Part shown: positions 1 to 10,067 of the stretch, piece after piece
How the letters are laid out: each line of letters starts with the position of its first letter
Position numbering within the stretch: position 1 is the first letter of the stretch
DNA from: an uncultured Pseudomonadota bacterium
GTDB taxonomy: Bacteria > Pseudomonadota > Alphaproteobacteria > Rs-D84
Length of the DNA: 64,000 nucleotides
Direction of reading: 5' to 3'
Assembly (NCBI GenBank): GCA_902798205.1
Contig: CADBVV010000007.1
Location: 6,852 to 70,851, forward strand
The notes under the pieces: model-generated
Seen by the model: the letters and a program-made list of their open reading frames with translations, nothing else
What the model was told of the DNA's origin: nothing
Databases searched by the model: none
Program-made: the position numbers and the translations under genes

Positions 1-87
1 CAAATCAAAAACGAAATGGAAAATGTAACAAAACTGTCGGTTCCATTATTGGCCGAATCCATAATTTCACCAATTTGGGATAAATAA
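1..87 (+). CDS. polA: 3' end of DNA polymerase I (partial)
   Basis: Frame 1 reads QIKNEMENVTKLSVPLLAESIISPIWDK*, resembling the PolA C-terminus (MENAxxLSVPLxxE...W). Confidence 0.7.
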   Translation, partial: QIKNEMENVTKLSVPLLAESIISPIWDK

Positions 88-116
88 AAAAACACCCACA
101 ATCGTGGGTGTTTTTA
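88..116. terminator. Bidirectional intrinsic terminator
   Basis: aaaaaacacccac-aatc-gtgggtgttttt between the convergent polA and DsbA-like genes. Confidence 0.85.
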
Positions 117-133
117 TTTTGAATCGCATCAAA

Positions 134-955
134 TTATTTCAATGCTTCGATGATTCTTGCATATGGGATATAACCTGGATATGCTTGATCATTGATAATC
201 AAGTATGGTGTTCCTGTGATTTCAAAACGTTGTGCCAATTCACGAACATTTTGCAATTCTTTACGAACAACATCACCTTCCATATCTGCTTCTAATTGTT
301 TTGTATCCAAACCAGCTTCTTTAGCCAATTTCATAACATTAGCATGGATAGTTTCAGGCAATTTTGCTTGATTTTTCATATCTTCTTGTGTGAAGTATTC
401 TTTATCCATCAACAATTTATCCAAAGCAGCTGCTTTTGCATTGTCTTGGATTTTAGCAGCGATAACTGCTTTTGCTGGGGCATCAGATAATGCGCCATGG
501 ATAGAGAAGTTTTTCAATACTACGCGAACGTCGTTACGTTCTGACAAAACACGTGCCAATTCGCTGTGAACACGACGGCAATATGGGCAAGAATAATCAG
601 ACCACAAGAAAATAGTTTTTGTTGCGTCTACATTACCTGCGATTGGTGCATTACCAATCATATCGTCCATATGGTTTTTGACATATTTACGAACTTCTTT
701 ATTTTTTTCTTTTTCTTGTTGTGCCTGCATGTTTTGAACCATTTCTTGCAAGATTGCAGGATTTGTGTGTACCAAGTATACAGGTGTCCACAAACGGCAT
801 ACAGAACCAGCAATCAATACGATTGCGATAACTTTGATACCTTTGTGCATTACGATATCCAAAGTGGAAGCTTTCTTGCTGCCAGATTTGATGAATTTAC
901 CACCAAACATGTACAACGCGATTGCCAAAACTAGGATTAACAGTGTCCAAATCAT
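134..955 (-). CDS. DsbA-family thiol-disulfide oxidoreductase, membrane anchored
   Basis: N-terminal hydrophobic segments; DYSCPYC CxxC motif; GTP cis-Pro loop (ITGTPYLII). Confidence 0.85.
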   Translation of the reverse strand: MIWTLLILVLAIALYMFGGKFIKSGSKKASTLDIVMHKGIKVIAIVLIAGSVCRLWTPVYLVHTNPAILQEMVQNMQAQQEKEKNKEVRKYVKNHMDDMIGNAPIAGNVDATKTIFLWSDYSCPYCRRVHSELARVLSERNDVRVVLKNFSIHGALSDAPAKAVIAAKIQDNAKAAALDKLLMDKEYFTQEDMKNQAKLPETIHANVMKLAKEAGLDTKQLEADMEGDVVRKELQNVRELAQRFEITGTPYLIINDQAYPGYIPYARIIEALK

Positions 956-1031
956 AGTATTTCTCCTTTGTTGTTGAACAATTAGATGTTAGAAAAAAAA
1001 ACACAACTGTGCAAGGGAAAAAACACAACAA

Positions 1032-1679
1032 TTAAAACATTTTTCTGGCACTTGGAACATCAACGCCCTGGGCATTACAAATACCAGAAATGAAACGTTT
1101 TGTTATGTTTAAATTTAATGGTAATTTATATAACCTGTCATCGTATGGCGCCCCACAATCAGCACATACCGCCCGCCCTGTTTTTGGTGAAAGATATATT
1201 AAATTGTCCGTTCGTCCACATCCCGAACATTTTGTTAAATCCAGCGCATACCCCAAATCTTTTAACAAATCAATTTCCCATTTTAAATATGCATCATATG
1301 GTGATTCAGAATTTGGTAATTCGGACAGCAAATCAATTGTTTTAGAATAAAGGTGTTCGTACGATTCGCGTTCTGGGATAAGAGTATAAATTAAAGCAAA
1401 CACTGCGTTCATTATTTTTAATAAATCAGTATTCATCATTAAAGGTGCCGCCATATTTTTTTCACTTTCAAAATGGAACACACCCAATTGGGAATCAATA
1501 CGCGCATTCCAAGAAAGCGCACCATATTGTCCAATCAAAAATTTATTTTTCTTTGCAGAAAAAGCACCACGCAACATACCGACCAACACACCATTATCGC
1601 GTGTAAAAATATGGGCAACCGCATCCCGTTCAGAAAACGGACGCATATTTATCAAAATACCAGATGTTTCAATTTGCAT
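1032..1679 (-). CDS. recO: DNA repair protein RecO
   Basis: N-terminal OB-fold (RPFSERDAVAHIFTRDNG); LLKDLGYALDLTKCSGC...SPKTGRAVC Zn motif. Confidence 0.9.
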   Translation of the reverse strand: MQIETSGILINMRPFSERDAVAHIFTRDNGVLVGMLRGAFSAKKNKFLIGQYGALSWNARIDSQLGVFHFESEKNMAAPLMMNTDLLKIMNAVFALIYTLIPERESYEHLYSKTIDLLSELPNSESPYDAYLKWEIDLLKDLGYALDLTKCSGCGRTDNLIYLSPKTGRAVCADCGAPYDDRLYKLPLNLNITKRFISGICNAQGVDVPSARKMF

Positions 1680-1694
1680 ATCTTTATTATATAT

Positions 1695-1717
1695 AAAAAT
1701 CGCCCGATGGGCGACTT
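1695..1717 (-). terminator. Intrinsic terminator after the PpiD-like gene
   Basis: Minus strand: tcgccc-atc-gggcga followed by ttttt. Confidence 0.7.
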
Positions 1718-3130
1718 TTATTTTGCAATGAATTTGTCGTAATTTCTTTCATTGATTTTAACCGGATATTCTTGTTTCAAGAATCTGGTGTAATCTTCCT
1801 GGATGAAATGTGTCGACATTTTTTCCAATTCTTTGCGCAAAGAATCTTTCTTTGCTTTGTCCGATGCAGGCAGTGTATTTTTACCAACACTTACCACATA
1901 GAAAGCATCACCATCTTCAACAATAGAATTATCGCCCTGCTTTCCTGCAAACGCCGCATTTAATACAACCAATGGTGCACCTTCGGTTCTGGATACATTC
2001 GCATCTTTAAGATTTCTTACTGTATCACCCTTATTCAAAGCAATCAATTTTTCGTTTGCCTTTTCATAAGCCTGTTTGCGTTGTTCGCCTTTTTTCCAAC
2101 CTGCAATCAAAGATTTTTTAACATCTTTGAATTCTGCATTATGTTCGGCAATAACTTCATCCACGCGCAATATTACAAAGCCGTCTTTTAATTCGATAAC
2201 TTCGCTTTCGCTGCCGGATTCCATTGCAAACAATTTAGCAATTAAATCAGCATTTAAAACCTTGTCAGAAGATTTTTCACCACGTGCGATTTTTGCAATT
2301 TTAACATATTTCGCTTTGTGTTTATCTGCTGCAGTTTTCACAGAATCGCCAGAAATTATCATATCTTCAATTTCTTGCATCTTTTTATAACCTGCATCAT
2401 ACGCATCAGGTTTGCTGTTGTCGGATGCAACAAAGACATAAGATACGGAACGTGTTTCTGGAACAATCACAGGATGTGAAGCATAATAAGTTTTCAATTG
2501 TTCGTCTGTTGGATCTTTTGCCTTGTAATCTGCAAATTTTACAGTTGAATATTTAATTGCGCGTTTTGCATAACGTGCATTGTATGCCGCATCAACCGCA
2601 AATTGTGGTACAGATAACGGAACATTTACCGCACCCAATGCCATATTACGCAAAATATCGCCACGCAAAGAATTTGCGATATCTTGTTCTGTCAAACCAG
2701 AATTTTGTAAAACCATATCAAACAACCAAGGTTGGAATTGACCATTAACCTGAAATTGTGGATGTGTTTTGATTTCTTCGGCGATTCGTTTATCAGATAC
2801 AACAAAACCCAAATCTTTTGCACGATTCATCGCCAATTGATTTGTTGTTAATTTAGATATAACAGAACTTGTCAAAGCTGCAGCCTTGGCCGGATCAGTA
2901 TATGACGCACGTTGTTCTTCTTTGGACATAGATGCCAATTGTTGTGATCTTTCATTATTAAATTGTTGTAATGAAACATCAGCATTACCAACGTGAATCA
3001 AAGTCGTATCGCGTGATGCACCACCAAATATCCATTCGGCTGCGCCCCAACCAACGAAACTGAAAATCAAAATAAACATTAAAACTTTTGCCAACGGTTT
3101 GTCAGCAGCATTACGTAAATATTCTAGCAT
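1718..3130 (-). CDS. SurA N-terminal domain / PpiD-like periplasmic chaperone
   Basis: MLEYLRN...KVLMFILIFSFVGWG N-terminus typical of PpiD; start moved to ATG 3130 because the longer ORF overlaps tpiA. Confidence 0.8.
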   Translation of the reverse strand: MLEYLRNAADKPLAKVLMFILIFSFVGWGAAEWIFGGASRDTTLIHVGNADVSLQQFNNERSQQLASMSKEEQRASYTDPAKAAALTSSVISKLTTNQLAMNRAKDLGFVVSDKRIAEEIKTHPQFQVNGQFQPWLFDMVLQNSGLTEQDIANSLRGDILRNMALGAVNVPLSVPQFAVDAAYNARYAKRAIKYSTVKFADYKAKDPTDEQLKTYYASHPVIVPETRSVSYVFVASDNSKPDAYDAGYKKMQEIEDMIISGDSVKTAADKHKAKYVKIAKIARGEKSSDKVLNADLIAKLFAMESGSESEVIELKDGFVILRVDEVIAEHNAEFKDVKKSLIAGWKKGEQRKQAYEKANEKLIALNKGDTVRNLKDANVSRTEGAPLVVLNAAFAGKQGDNSIVEDGDAFYVVSVGKNTLPASDKAKKDSLRKELEKMSTHFIQEDYTRFLKQEYPVKINERNYDKFIAK

Positions 3131-3194
3131 TTTTCCACCTTTTGCGATACCATAGCAAAAAAGATGATAAAAAATCAATAAAAAAGGAAGAAAA

Positions 3195-3893
3195 ATGAAA
3201 TTTATCGTTGGCAATTGGAAAATGAACGGCACACTGTCGGACAAAGAGGCTTTATTCAAATCATTAAAGAATCTGCACACCGATAATAAAGTCGTTGTTT
3301 GTTTGCCTTTTATATTGCTGGGCGGAAACGATTATGGAATCACATTGGGTGCCCAAGATGTCAGCGAACACGATAACGGGGCTTTTACTGGCGACATATC
3401 CGGTCAAATGTTAAAAGATGCAGATGTTAAATATGTTGTTGTTGGCCACAGTGAAAGACGCGCAAATCATAACGAAACCAACGCGATTGTAAAAGCAAAA
3501 GCCACCGCAGCCATCAAAAACGGAATTATTCCTATTATTTGCATTGGCGAAACGACAGAAGAAAAAAATTCTGGTCGCACAATGACTGTTATCAAAAAAA
3601 TGTTATTGGAAAGTGTTCCAGCCAAAGGCGAATATATCGTTGCATACGAACCACGTTGGGCAATTGGTTCTGGAAAAATCCCAACATCTGATGAAATTGC
3701 CATGGCTTTTGAAACAATCAGCAAGGCTTTACACAGTATCAAACGTTCTGATATCGCCCTGCTTTACGGTGGCAGTGTCAACGCAAAGAACGCAGCACAA
3801 ATCGCATCAATAAAAAATGTTGATGGATTATTGGTTGGTGGTGCATCCTTGAAAAGTGATACATTTTTACCTATAATAAAGTCAGTTGAATAA
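3195..3893 (+). CDS. tpiA: Triosephosphate isomerase
   Basis: GNWKMNG, GHSERR, AYEPRWAIG, LYGGSV, LVGGASL motifs. Confidence 0.97.
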   Translation: MKFIVGNWKMNGTLSDKEALFKSLKNLHTDNKVVVCLPFILLGGNDYGITLGAQDVSEHDNGAFTGDISGQMLKDADVKYVVVGHSERRANHNETNAIVKAKATAAIKNGIIPIICIGETTEEKNSGRTMTVIKKMLLESVPAKGEYIVAYEPRWAIGSGKIPTSDEIAMAFETISKALHSIKRSDIALLYGGSVNAKNAAQIASIKNVDGLLVGGASLKSDTFLPIIKSVE

Positions 3894-3922
3894 ATATATA
3901 ATGTGAAAAAAGCAGGTAAATT

Positions 3923-4438
3923 ATGGAAAACGAAAATAAAAAACAGGTAGAAATCGAAACAGTATCTGTAGACGAAGCACCAGAAATATCATCGGATAAA
4001 CAAACCGAAATTATCGAACAATTAAATAACAAGATTGCCGAATTAAACGACAAATATTTGCGTGTTGCGGCCGAATTAGAAAACACACGTCGTCGTGCAT
4101 CATTGGATATTGAATCTGTATCCCGTAATCGTGCAATGAGTGTGGCTGAAAAAATATTACCAGTTATGGATGCAATCAATGCCGCATTAACACACAACCC
4201 AGATGATGAAGGAATAAAAACAATGCAACGTGCAATGGAAAATGCATTTGCACAAATTGGAATTGTAAAAATAGAATCTGTTGGTGAAATGTTAAACCCA
4301 CAATTTCATAACGCAATTCAAATGGTTGATAAACCAGACGAAAAAACACCAACAAATACAATCATAAGCGAATTACAACCGGGATATATGTTCGGCGACA
4401 CAGTTCTGCGTACCGCAATGGTTGTTGTATCAAAATAA
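3923..4438 (+). CDS. grpE: Nucleotide exchange factor GrpE
   Basis: LRVAAELENTRRR, FHNAI, QPGYMFGDTVLRTAMVVV. Confidence 0.95.
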   Translation: MENENKKQVEIETVSVDEAPEISSDKQTEIIEQLNNKIAELNDKYLRVAAELENTRRRASLDIESVSRNRAMSVAEKILPVMDAINAALTHNPDDEGIKTMQRAMENAFAQIGIVKIESVGEMLNPQFHNAIQMVDKPDEKTPTNTIISELQPGYMFGDTVLRTAMVVVSK

Positions 4439-4463
4439 AAACCGCCCAAACGGGCGGTTTTTT
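4438..4463. terminator. Bidirectional intrinsic terminator
   Basis: aaaaccgccc-aaac-gggcggtttttt. Confidence 0.85.
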
Positions 4464-4466
4464 ATT

Positions 4467-4901
4467 TTATTTCTGTTTATCCAATGGTAACAACCAACGA
4501 TTACGTGTTCTTTGATGTTCTTTATATATTTGTAGAATTTTATCTTTATTTTTTCTGATTCTTTTTATCAAACTGCTTTCTTGGTCAACAATGTGTTCGG
4601 GATGTGATTCAAAATATTTCTTACAATCATATGCAATACGAACAGCACGATGTTTTAAATCATGATTTTCTATTTTCTGTAAAATCTTTGGGCGCGATGC
4701 GATTATATAAAACACTTCAAAATTTGGTCTTTGTTCATCATTTATTTCATTAAAACTTTGATTGACGCGCAACGTTCCAACGTTTTGCAATATTATTTCT
4801 ATTTGTGTTTCGCCAAAATCAAAATCAACAACAGACACCAATGCGTTTTTATATCCCGCATTTATCAAATCTAAGAATAATGATAATTGTTTATCGTCCA
4901 T
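4467..4901 (-). CDS. Hypothetical protein
   Basis: Open frame filling the space between terminators; probable ATG at 4901 (MDDKQL); no recognised motif. Confidence 0.6.
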   Translation of the reverse strand: MDDKQLSLFLDLINAGYKNALVSVVDFDFGETQIEIILQNVGTLRVNQSFNEINDEQRPNFEVFYIIASRPKILQKIENHDLKHRAVRIAYDCKKYFESHPEHIVDQESSLIKRIRKNKDKILQIYKEHQRTRNRWLLPLDKQK

Positions 4902-4963
4902 ATTAAAAGTGTTAACCTTTGTCCCCAAAAGTTAACACATTTGTATTTTTTGTCAAGAACCAT

Positions 4964-6046
4964 TTAATTTATCGCCGCGTCAACCATTGGTCTGGTTTTG
5001 ACAGTATCCAATGGATGTTTTTGATATGCGACAGACGAAAAATCAATATTATTCAAATCGAATTTTCGAATTATTGGGTTATACATTGTCGTATAATACA
5101 ATTTGTTGTTTGTCATATCTGTCACAGATGTCCATTGGGTCGCAGTTGGTATATTTGGAATCTTTGTTTTATCTGCAAACTGCACACCAATTGGTATAGT
5201 CATCGCTTCCAATATTGTAAAAGCTTGATTTACTGCCTGGGCCGCATTTTCCAATATTGGTGCAGATGTTTGATAAAATGCAACACGAACAAATCTGGAC
5301 GGTGGTGTAAAATCACCTGGCAACCCCAACAGGTTAGATCCGTGTTCTATGGGTTCCAATGTGATATCACCAAATTTGTGTGATTCTGTTGTTCCTGGGC
5401 GCAAGTTTATATAATTATTCAAATTTGTAATATGCCATGGATAACCCGGCGCATTGGTAAGAACACCCAATTTATTTTCATAAACCATTGGCAAACCATC
5501 AACATATTCAATAACAATTTGACGACCATATTTATCTGCAACACGCCAATGCAGATTTTCTGCACGTGCATCTGTGGCGACAACATTGACGGTGCTTAAT
5601 GCTGCAATTACATCTTCGACAGTTTCAAAATTACCCAACACCCATGCAACAAATTCTGTGTCAGAAATTGTCATATCTTTTTCAGATGCATCATATTTTG
5701 GATAAGATCCATATTTTGGGAAATAGAATAACCCTGCAGACAGCCCTGCTTCGTTTAAACCTTCAATTACATAATCTTCAGAAGCCAAACCAACATAGCC
5801 GTAAAATGCGGTATATTTCATACCGTTCCTTGTTCCGTCTGGCAACACAGATTGTTTTTCATATCCCTGGGGAACAATTAAATAATCACTTGGGCTTTCG
5901 CCATTTGACCATTCAACTGTGCGCGCAACAATGTTTGCACCATCGGCAGCGGTTAACGAAATTCCTGTACAGGAATCGGCACGGTTTACAATGCCAACAA
6001 TCGCCAGCATCATAATAAATAAAGAGTTTAATTTTTTCGTTTTCAT
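4964..6046 (-). CDS. Choloylglycine hydrolase / penicillin V acylase family Ntn hydrolase with signal peptide
   Basis: Signal peptide ending ADS, then CTGISL (N-terminal Cys nucleophile); ARTVEW, GLNEAGL, GVLTNAP, PGDFTPPSRFVR. Confidence 0.92.
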   Translation of the reverse strand: MKTKKLNSLFIMMLAIVGIVNRADSCTGISLTAADGANIVARTVEWSNGESPSDYLIVPQGYEKQSVLPDGTRNGMKYTAFYGYVGLASEDYVIEGLNEAGLSAGLFYFPKYGSYPKYDASEKDMTISDTEFVAWVLGNFETVEDVIAALSTVNVVATDARAENLHWRVADKYGRQIVIEYVDGLPMVYENKLGVLTNAPGYPWHITNLNNYINLRPGTTESHKFGDITLEPIEHGSNLLGLPGDFTPPSRFVRVAFYQTSAPILENAAQAVNQAFTILEAMTIPIGVQFADKTKIPNIPTATQWTSVTDMTNNKLYYTTMYNPIIRKFDLNNIDFSSVAYQKHPLDTVKTRPMVDAAIN

Positions 6047-6099
6047 GTTTTTTATTTTTTCATAAAAACTACATGAAAACCACAGGAACCTATTCCATT

Positions 6100-6126
6100 A
6101 AAAAACCGCCAATTTTGGCGGTTTTT
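6100..6126. terminator. Intrinsic terminator
   Basis: aaaaaaccgcca-attt-tggcggttttt. Confidence 0.8.
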
Positions 6127-6127
6127 A

Positions 6128-6577
6128 TTATTTTTGGTGTTGTCTTAATTCTAAAAGCTGTTGGTATAATTTCGCTTTTTCTGATTTAAAATCTGGTGTA
6201 TACAAAGAATAATATTTTTGTTCTATCTTTCGCATTTCTTGCTTTAACTTATAATCATCATCACATAAAGCATAATTAACCCGTAATACAGGTTCCTTGT
6301 ACTGCCCAAAAATATACGAATTATGGACAGACATATTAATACCGTTTCGCACAAAAATTTCTTGCGCTATTTGTATATCAGATTCTTGTTGTGTGGCATA
6401 ATATGCATAAAAACGTTTACCCAAAATATTTGCTTTTTTTACTTCTGGTGCACACATTTTGCACATTATCGCCAATAAAGCAATATCGCCTTCTGGTATT
6501 GTTTTAACTTTTGAAAAAACAGGCATTTGAAAACCAGATTTCAATTTGTCATTTAACATCTTAAAAAAACGCATCAT
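6128..6577 (-). CDS. Hypothetical protein
   Basis: Probable start ATG 6577 after an AAAGG RBS; own TTGACA-16-TATAAT promoter at 6605-6632 and own terminator. Confidence 0.6.
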   Translation of the reverse strand: MMRFFKMLNDKLKSGFQMPVFSKVKTIPEGDIALLAIMCKMCAPEVKKANILGKRFYAYYATQQESDIQIAQEIFVRNGINMSVHNSYIFGQYKEPVLRVNYALCDDDYKLKQEMRKIEQKYYSLYTPDFKSEKAKLYQQLLELRQHQK

Positions 6578-6635
6578 TAGAACCTTTGTTATAATCTGTG
6601 ACAGATTATAGACAAAAACAATCAAATGTCAAATA

Positions 6636-9600
6636 CTATATACCTAATCTGTGATGAATTTTGAACATCAATATTGATTCATTGCCGAACATATCTGTAT
6701 TACCAGGATTTACACGATATATAAATCCAATACCAGCATCAGTAAATTCACCCAATGGCTGTTTGTATGAACCGGAAAATCTTAATTCACGTTTTTGTGC
6801 CACCAAATCAATATATTCTGTGTGTGGGTTATTCACTGCAACTTCATATTTTCCATTATTTTCTACAACAGATAAATCTGCATAATCATAACCCATTTTA
6901 CCATCAACCACAGCCAAAGGCATCGCGGCAGTAAAACTGAACCCATAAACATCGGCACCAATTGCAAACGCATTTGATTTAATATCAGACATTTCAGAAA
7001 TTATACCATTTCCAATATTTGCACGGGTATTTGCGAAAGTTGCACGTGCTGACAATTTTGCCTTGTCAAAAGGTTTATAATCTGCAACCACGTCAACATA
7101 TTGTGTCTTTGCACCATTCAAAGACAACAGACCATCACTTATCGAACCCAACACAGTGTTTGTTTCATTCATATTTCCCAAAGATACATTTAAATTAAAT
7201 TTATCTTTGTTATATGCAACATCTATAGCCCCACCATTTGCAAACCCAAGATGTCCTGGTTCAAATTGAGACGTTACAACAGGATCATTTTCCAACAAAT
7301 TTTCATCTGTTATTGTTCCAGAAAACGCATGCGCACCAAACGCGAAATCACCAGATTTATATTTTGCCCCACTGGACACACCATTTGAAACCAAAGACAA
7401 CAATCCATTTGCACGACCATCAAATCTGGATTCGCCATCAGTCAAATGATGTTGATATTCGGCATTCAAATCATAACGTTCACTGTTAAATGATATTTTC
7501 AAATTATCCAAACCGTTCATATTATCATGATATGCACGTGGGGACATAGCCATATCAAATGTCATATTACCAATTTTATTAGAACGCTTATTTGTAGAAT
7601 CAACCGCAAATTCACCCAAAACATCGCCCATATAAAGTCCATGTTTATAATCATTATTCAAAGACAATTCCATATTCCAAACACGCGGCAAAGATATTGA
7701 ACCATCCGCACTTTCAATAACATCAAAGAAAGACGTTCTTATTATACCATTTCCATTTAACACCGTGGAAGCACGCTGATTTGTTGTAGACGATGTTGCA
7801 ACCGTTCCCCAAAAAGCTGTTTTACCATCTGATGAAACGATTTTTTTGTTGTTTTTATCTGCCACAGAATAAAAATAAATATTTGTCCCTGGCCTTGTTG
7901 CGCGTTCCAAATTTATCATACCATAACCAAATGCCATCTTGAAATTTTGCAAATATTGATCGTCAGAAGTTTCAAGATTACTTGGCAAACTATATTTTGC
8001 TTGCAAGAAAGAAGTTATATTATCATAACCGGCCTCTTTCAAAGCAGCCGCATTTAAATATGGACCGTCTGCAGATAAAGCCAATAACAAGAATATCTGA
8101 TCAGGTGTCATATAATTAAATGCACTTTTAACAAGCGCAACAGAACCAGCCATTGCCGCAGTTGCTTCCATATCTGTTGTTCCAGGTGCTGCAAAACACC
8201 ATGGGTTCATTGCACCACCATTACCCGTTCCCGTCAACCCACACATACGTGAAGTATATGTTGTACTGGAATCATTTGTATCTGTCCATGTCGCCAATTC
8301 TAATTTTCCAGCCCCAGAAGTATTATATTCATCAATGGTTACACCTGCAGTCCCTGTTGTACTGTTTGGTTTAACAGCTACAACTGTGGCAAAAAAGTTT
8401 TGTAAATTATCATAAACAACTGGTGCAAAATTTTCAAAAGTTGCGACTTCTGGATTAACCTTGTAAGCAGACAAGTTTATTACATTACGCCCTGCAGAAT
8501 TTATCAACAATGCATTACCATAAACCTGTTGCAAATTCCCAGACCCCACATTAACAAAAACATCAGCAGCATCTTGCGCGGGGGTATTCACATCGCCATC
8601 ATCTGCGGTATTTAAATTGTAATAATTATTTATCATATTTCCGAACATGGTTCTTCTTTGTGCTGCTTCTGTATAGTTATTAACAAAAAAACTGGCATCT
8701 GAAACATCTGAATAATTTAAAGAAGAAGATCCTGATGGCAACGATAAATTTGCAACAACACTTGTGATATATTCGCCATTTGAATTTTTCAACTTAAGAG
8801 AATCTTTTATCGCAGCATAATTTTTATAATCAGCAACGACCCACGAAGAACTTGATGTATCCCAAGCTTGACCAGCACCAGTTCTGTAAACAGTCAATTG
8901 ACCATTCGGAATAAATCCATAAAAATCACCAGAGGTACGTCCACCATAATTCCAACCTGCAATTATTTTTGCAAGTTTTGTATCTTCTTCTGTTGCTTCA
9001 TCACTAAACACAGCAGTTCCAATACCAGTCAAATCAAACGCAGTATTTTCAACACCTGGTTCACTCTTTAACCCGGTTATATTAAAATATTTATGAGAAC
9101 TTGTCACAGATGCATTAACAAGACTTTGACATTCTGGTGAAAAAACACCATCAACAGCCACGCACTTCGCTACAATTTCACTTTTATAAGATTCATCAAA
9201 CCATTGCATTATACCATCAATCGCGCTACCTGTGGCATTAACACCAGAACCCGTCACCATCGTAACATTTACAGGCCTGCCACCTTCTGGTGTATCACCA
9301 ACAAAAGGATATTTTGACAAATCTAAAATTTCTTTTGTGGTATCATTTCTTACAGTAGCCATACCCAAATACCCACGAACAAAAGAATTATATGCACGTG
9401 CCACCATCAAATAGTTGAAACTATTCCGTGCTGTAATGTCTGACATATAAACGAAATCACTGTTTGGATCAGTACTTTCCCACACGGTAAAATCTGTCGG
9501 GCAAGAAGTTCCAGAACACGCCGGACCATATGGAAGATTTTGTGTAAACAATGGTGTAAAAGATGTGGTACCACCACCACCGCCACCGCCACCGCCGTGC

Positions 9601-10067
9601 GATCCACCAGACGAACCAGAATCATTATTATTCTTTGCCTTGAAAGCGTCGGTCAATAATGCGACCCCACCAATCACCGCGGCCACACCAACCGCAGACA
9701 ATAACAAAACATGCGAAGAAGATAATCCACTGAAAAATCCGTATTCTTCGCCACGCGTTGCAACACGACTTTTTTGTCTGTAGTTTTTAATTTGTCGTTC
9801 ACAATTTGAAGCGTCCGCACCATACATCTGCAAGACCTGTATCGCGCGTTTATCATTGTTCATAACCGCAGTACAAACCAAAGATAATCCAGTTGAATCA
9901 GTATAATTTATATCGGCACCACGATTAATTAAAACCTGGACAGTTTGTGTATCGCCACGACGTGCAGCCGCCAATAATTGTGATGCGTTTTGAAAATCAG
10001 GCGATGCCCCGAACGACATGCACGGGAATAAAAATGCTACAAAGCCCAATAATCTAATAAATTTCAT
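6636..10067 (-). CDS. Secreted protein with ankyrin repeats, degenerate S8 subtilase-like domain and C-terminal beta-barrel-like domain
   Basis: Signal peptide; ankyrin (LLAAARRGDTQTVQVLINRGADINYTDSTG); poly-Gly linker; S8-like WCFAAPG, AGSVALVKSAF, FGYGMINL; C-terminal alternating beta-strands. Confidence 0.8.
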   Translation of the reverse strand: MKFIRLLGFVAFLFPCMSFGASPDFQNASQLLAAARRGDTQTVQVLINRGADINYTDSTGLSLVCTAVMNNDKRAIQVLQMYGADASNCERQIKNYRQKSRVATRGEEYGFFSGLSSSHVLLLSAVGVAAVIGGVALLTDAFKAKNNNDSGSSGGSHGGGGGGGGGTTSFTPLFTQNLPYGPACSGTSCPTDFTVWESTDPNSDFVYMSDITARNSFNYLMVARAYNSFVRGYLGMATVRNDTTKEILDLSKYPFVGDTPEGGRPVNVTMVTGSGVNATGSAIDGIMQWFDESYKSEIVAKCVAVDGVFSPECQSLVNASVTSSHKYFNITGLKSEPGVENTAFDLTGIGTAVFSDEATEEDTKLAKIIAGWNYGGRTSGDFYGFIPNGQLTVYRTGAGQAWDTSSSSWVVADYKNYAAIKDSLKLKNSNGEYITSVVANLSLPSGSSSLNYSDVSDASFFVNNYTEAAQRRTMFGNMINNYYNLNTADDGDVNTPAQDAADVFVNVGSGNLQQVYGNALLINSAGRNVINLSAYKVNPEVATFENFAPVVYDNLQNFFATVVAVKPNSTTGTAGVTIDEYNTSGAGKLELATWTDTNDSSTTYTSRMCGLTGTGNGGAMNPWCFAAPGTTDMEATAAMAGSVALVKSAFNYMTPDQIFLLLALSADGPYLNAAALKEAGYDNITSFLQAKYSLPSNLETSDDQYLQNFKMAFGYGMINLERATRPGTNIYFYSVADKNNKKIVSSDGKTAFWGTVATSSTTNQRASTVLNGNGIIRTSFFDVIESADGSISLPRVWNMELSLNNDYKHGLYMGDVLGEFAVDSTNKRSNKIGNMTFDMAMSPRAYHDNMNGLDNLKISFNSERYDLNAEYQHHLTDGESRFDGRANGLLSLVSNGVSSGAKYKSGDFAFGAHAFSGTITDENLLENDPVVTSQFEPGHLGFANGGAIDVAYNKDKFNLNVSLGNMNETNTVLGSISDGLLSLNGAKTQYVDVVADYKPFDKAKLSARATFANTRANIGNGIISEMSDIKSNAFAIGADVYGFSFTAAMPLAVVDGKMGYDYADLSVVENNGKYEVAVNNPHTEYIDLVAQKRELRFSGSYKQPLGEFTDAGIGFIYRVNPGNTDMFGNESILMFKIHHRLGI

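Noticed and set aside
3131-3280. Extended N-terminus of the PpiD-like ORF overlapping tpiA
   Set aside because: A head-to-head overlap is unlikely; ATG 3130 with an upstream AAAGGTGG RBS gives the typical family start.
9568-9600. CCA/CCG triplet run as a phase-variation tract
   Set aside because: It encodes an in-frame poly-Gly linker with mixed codons; length changes would not shift the frame.
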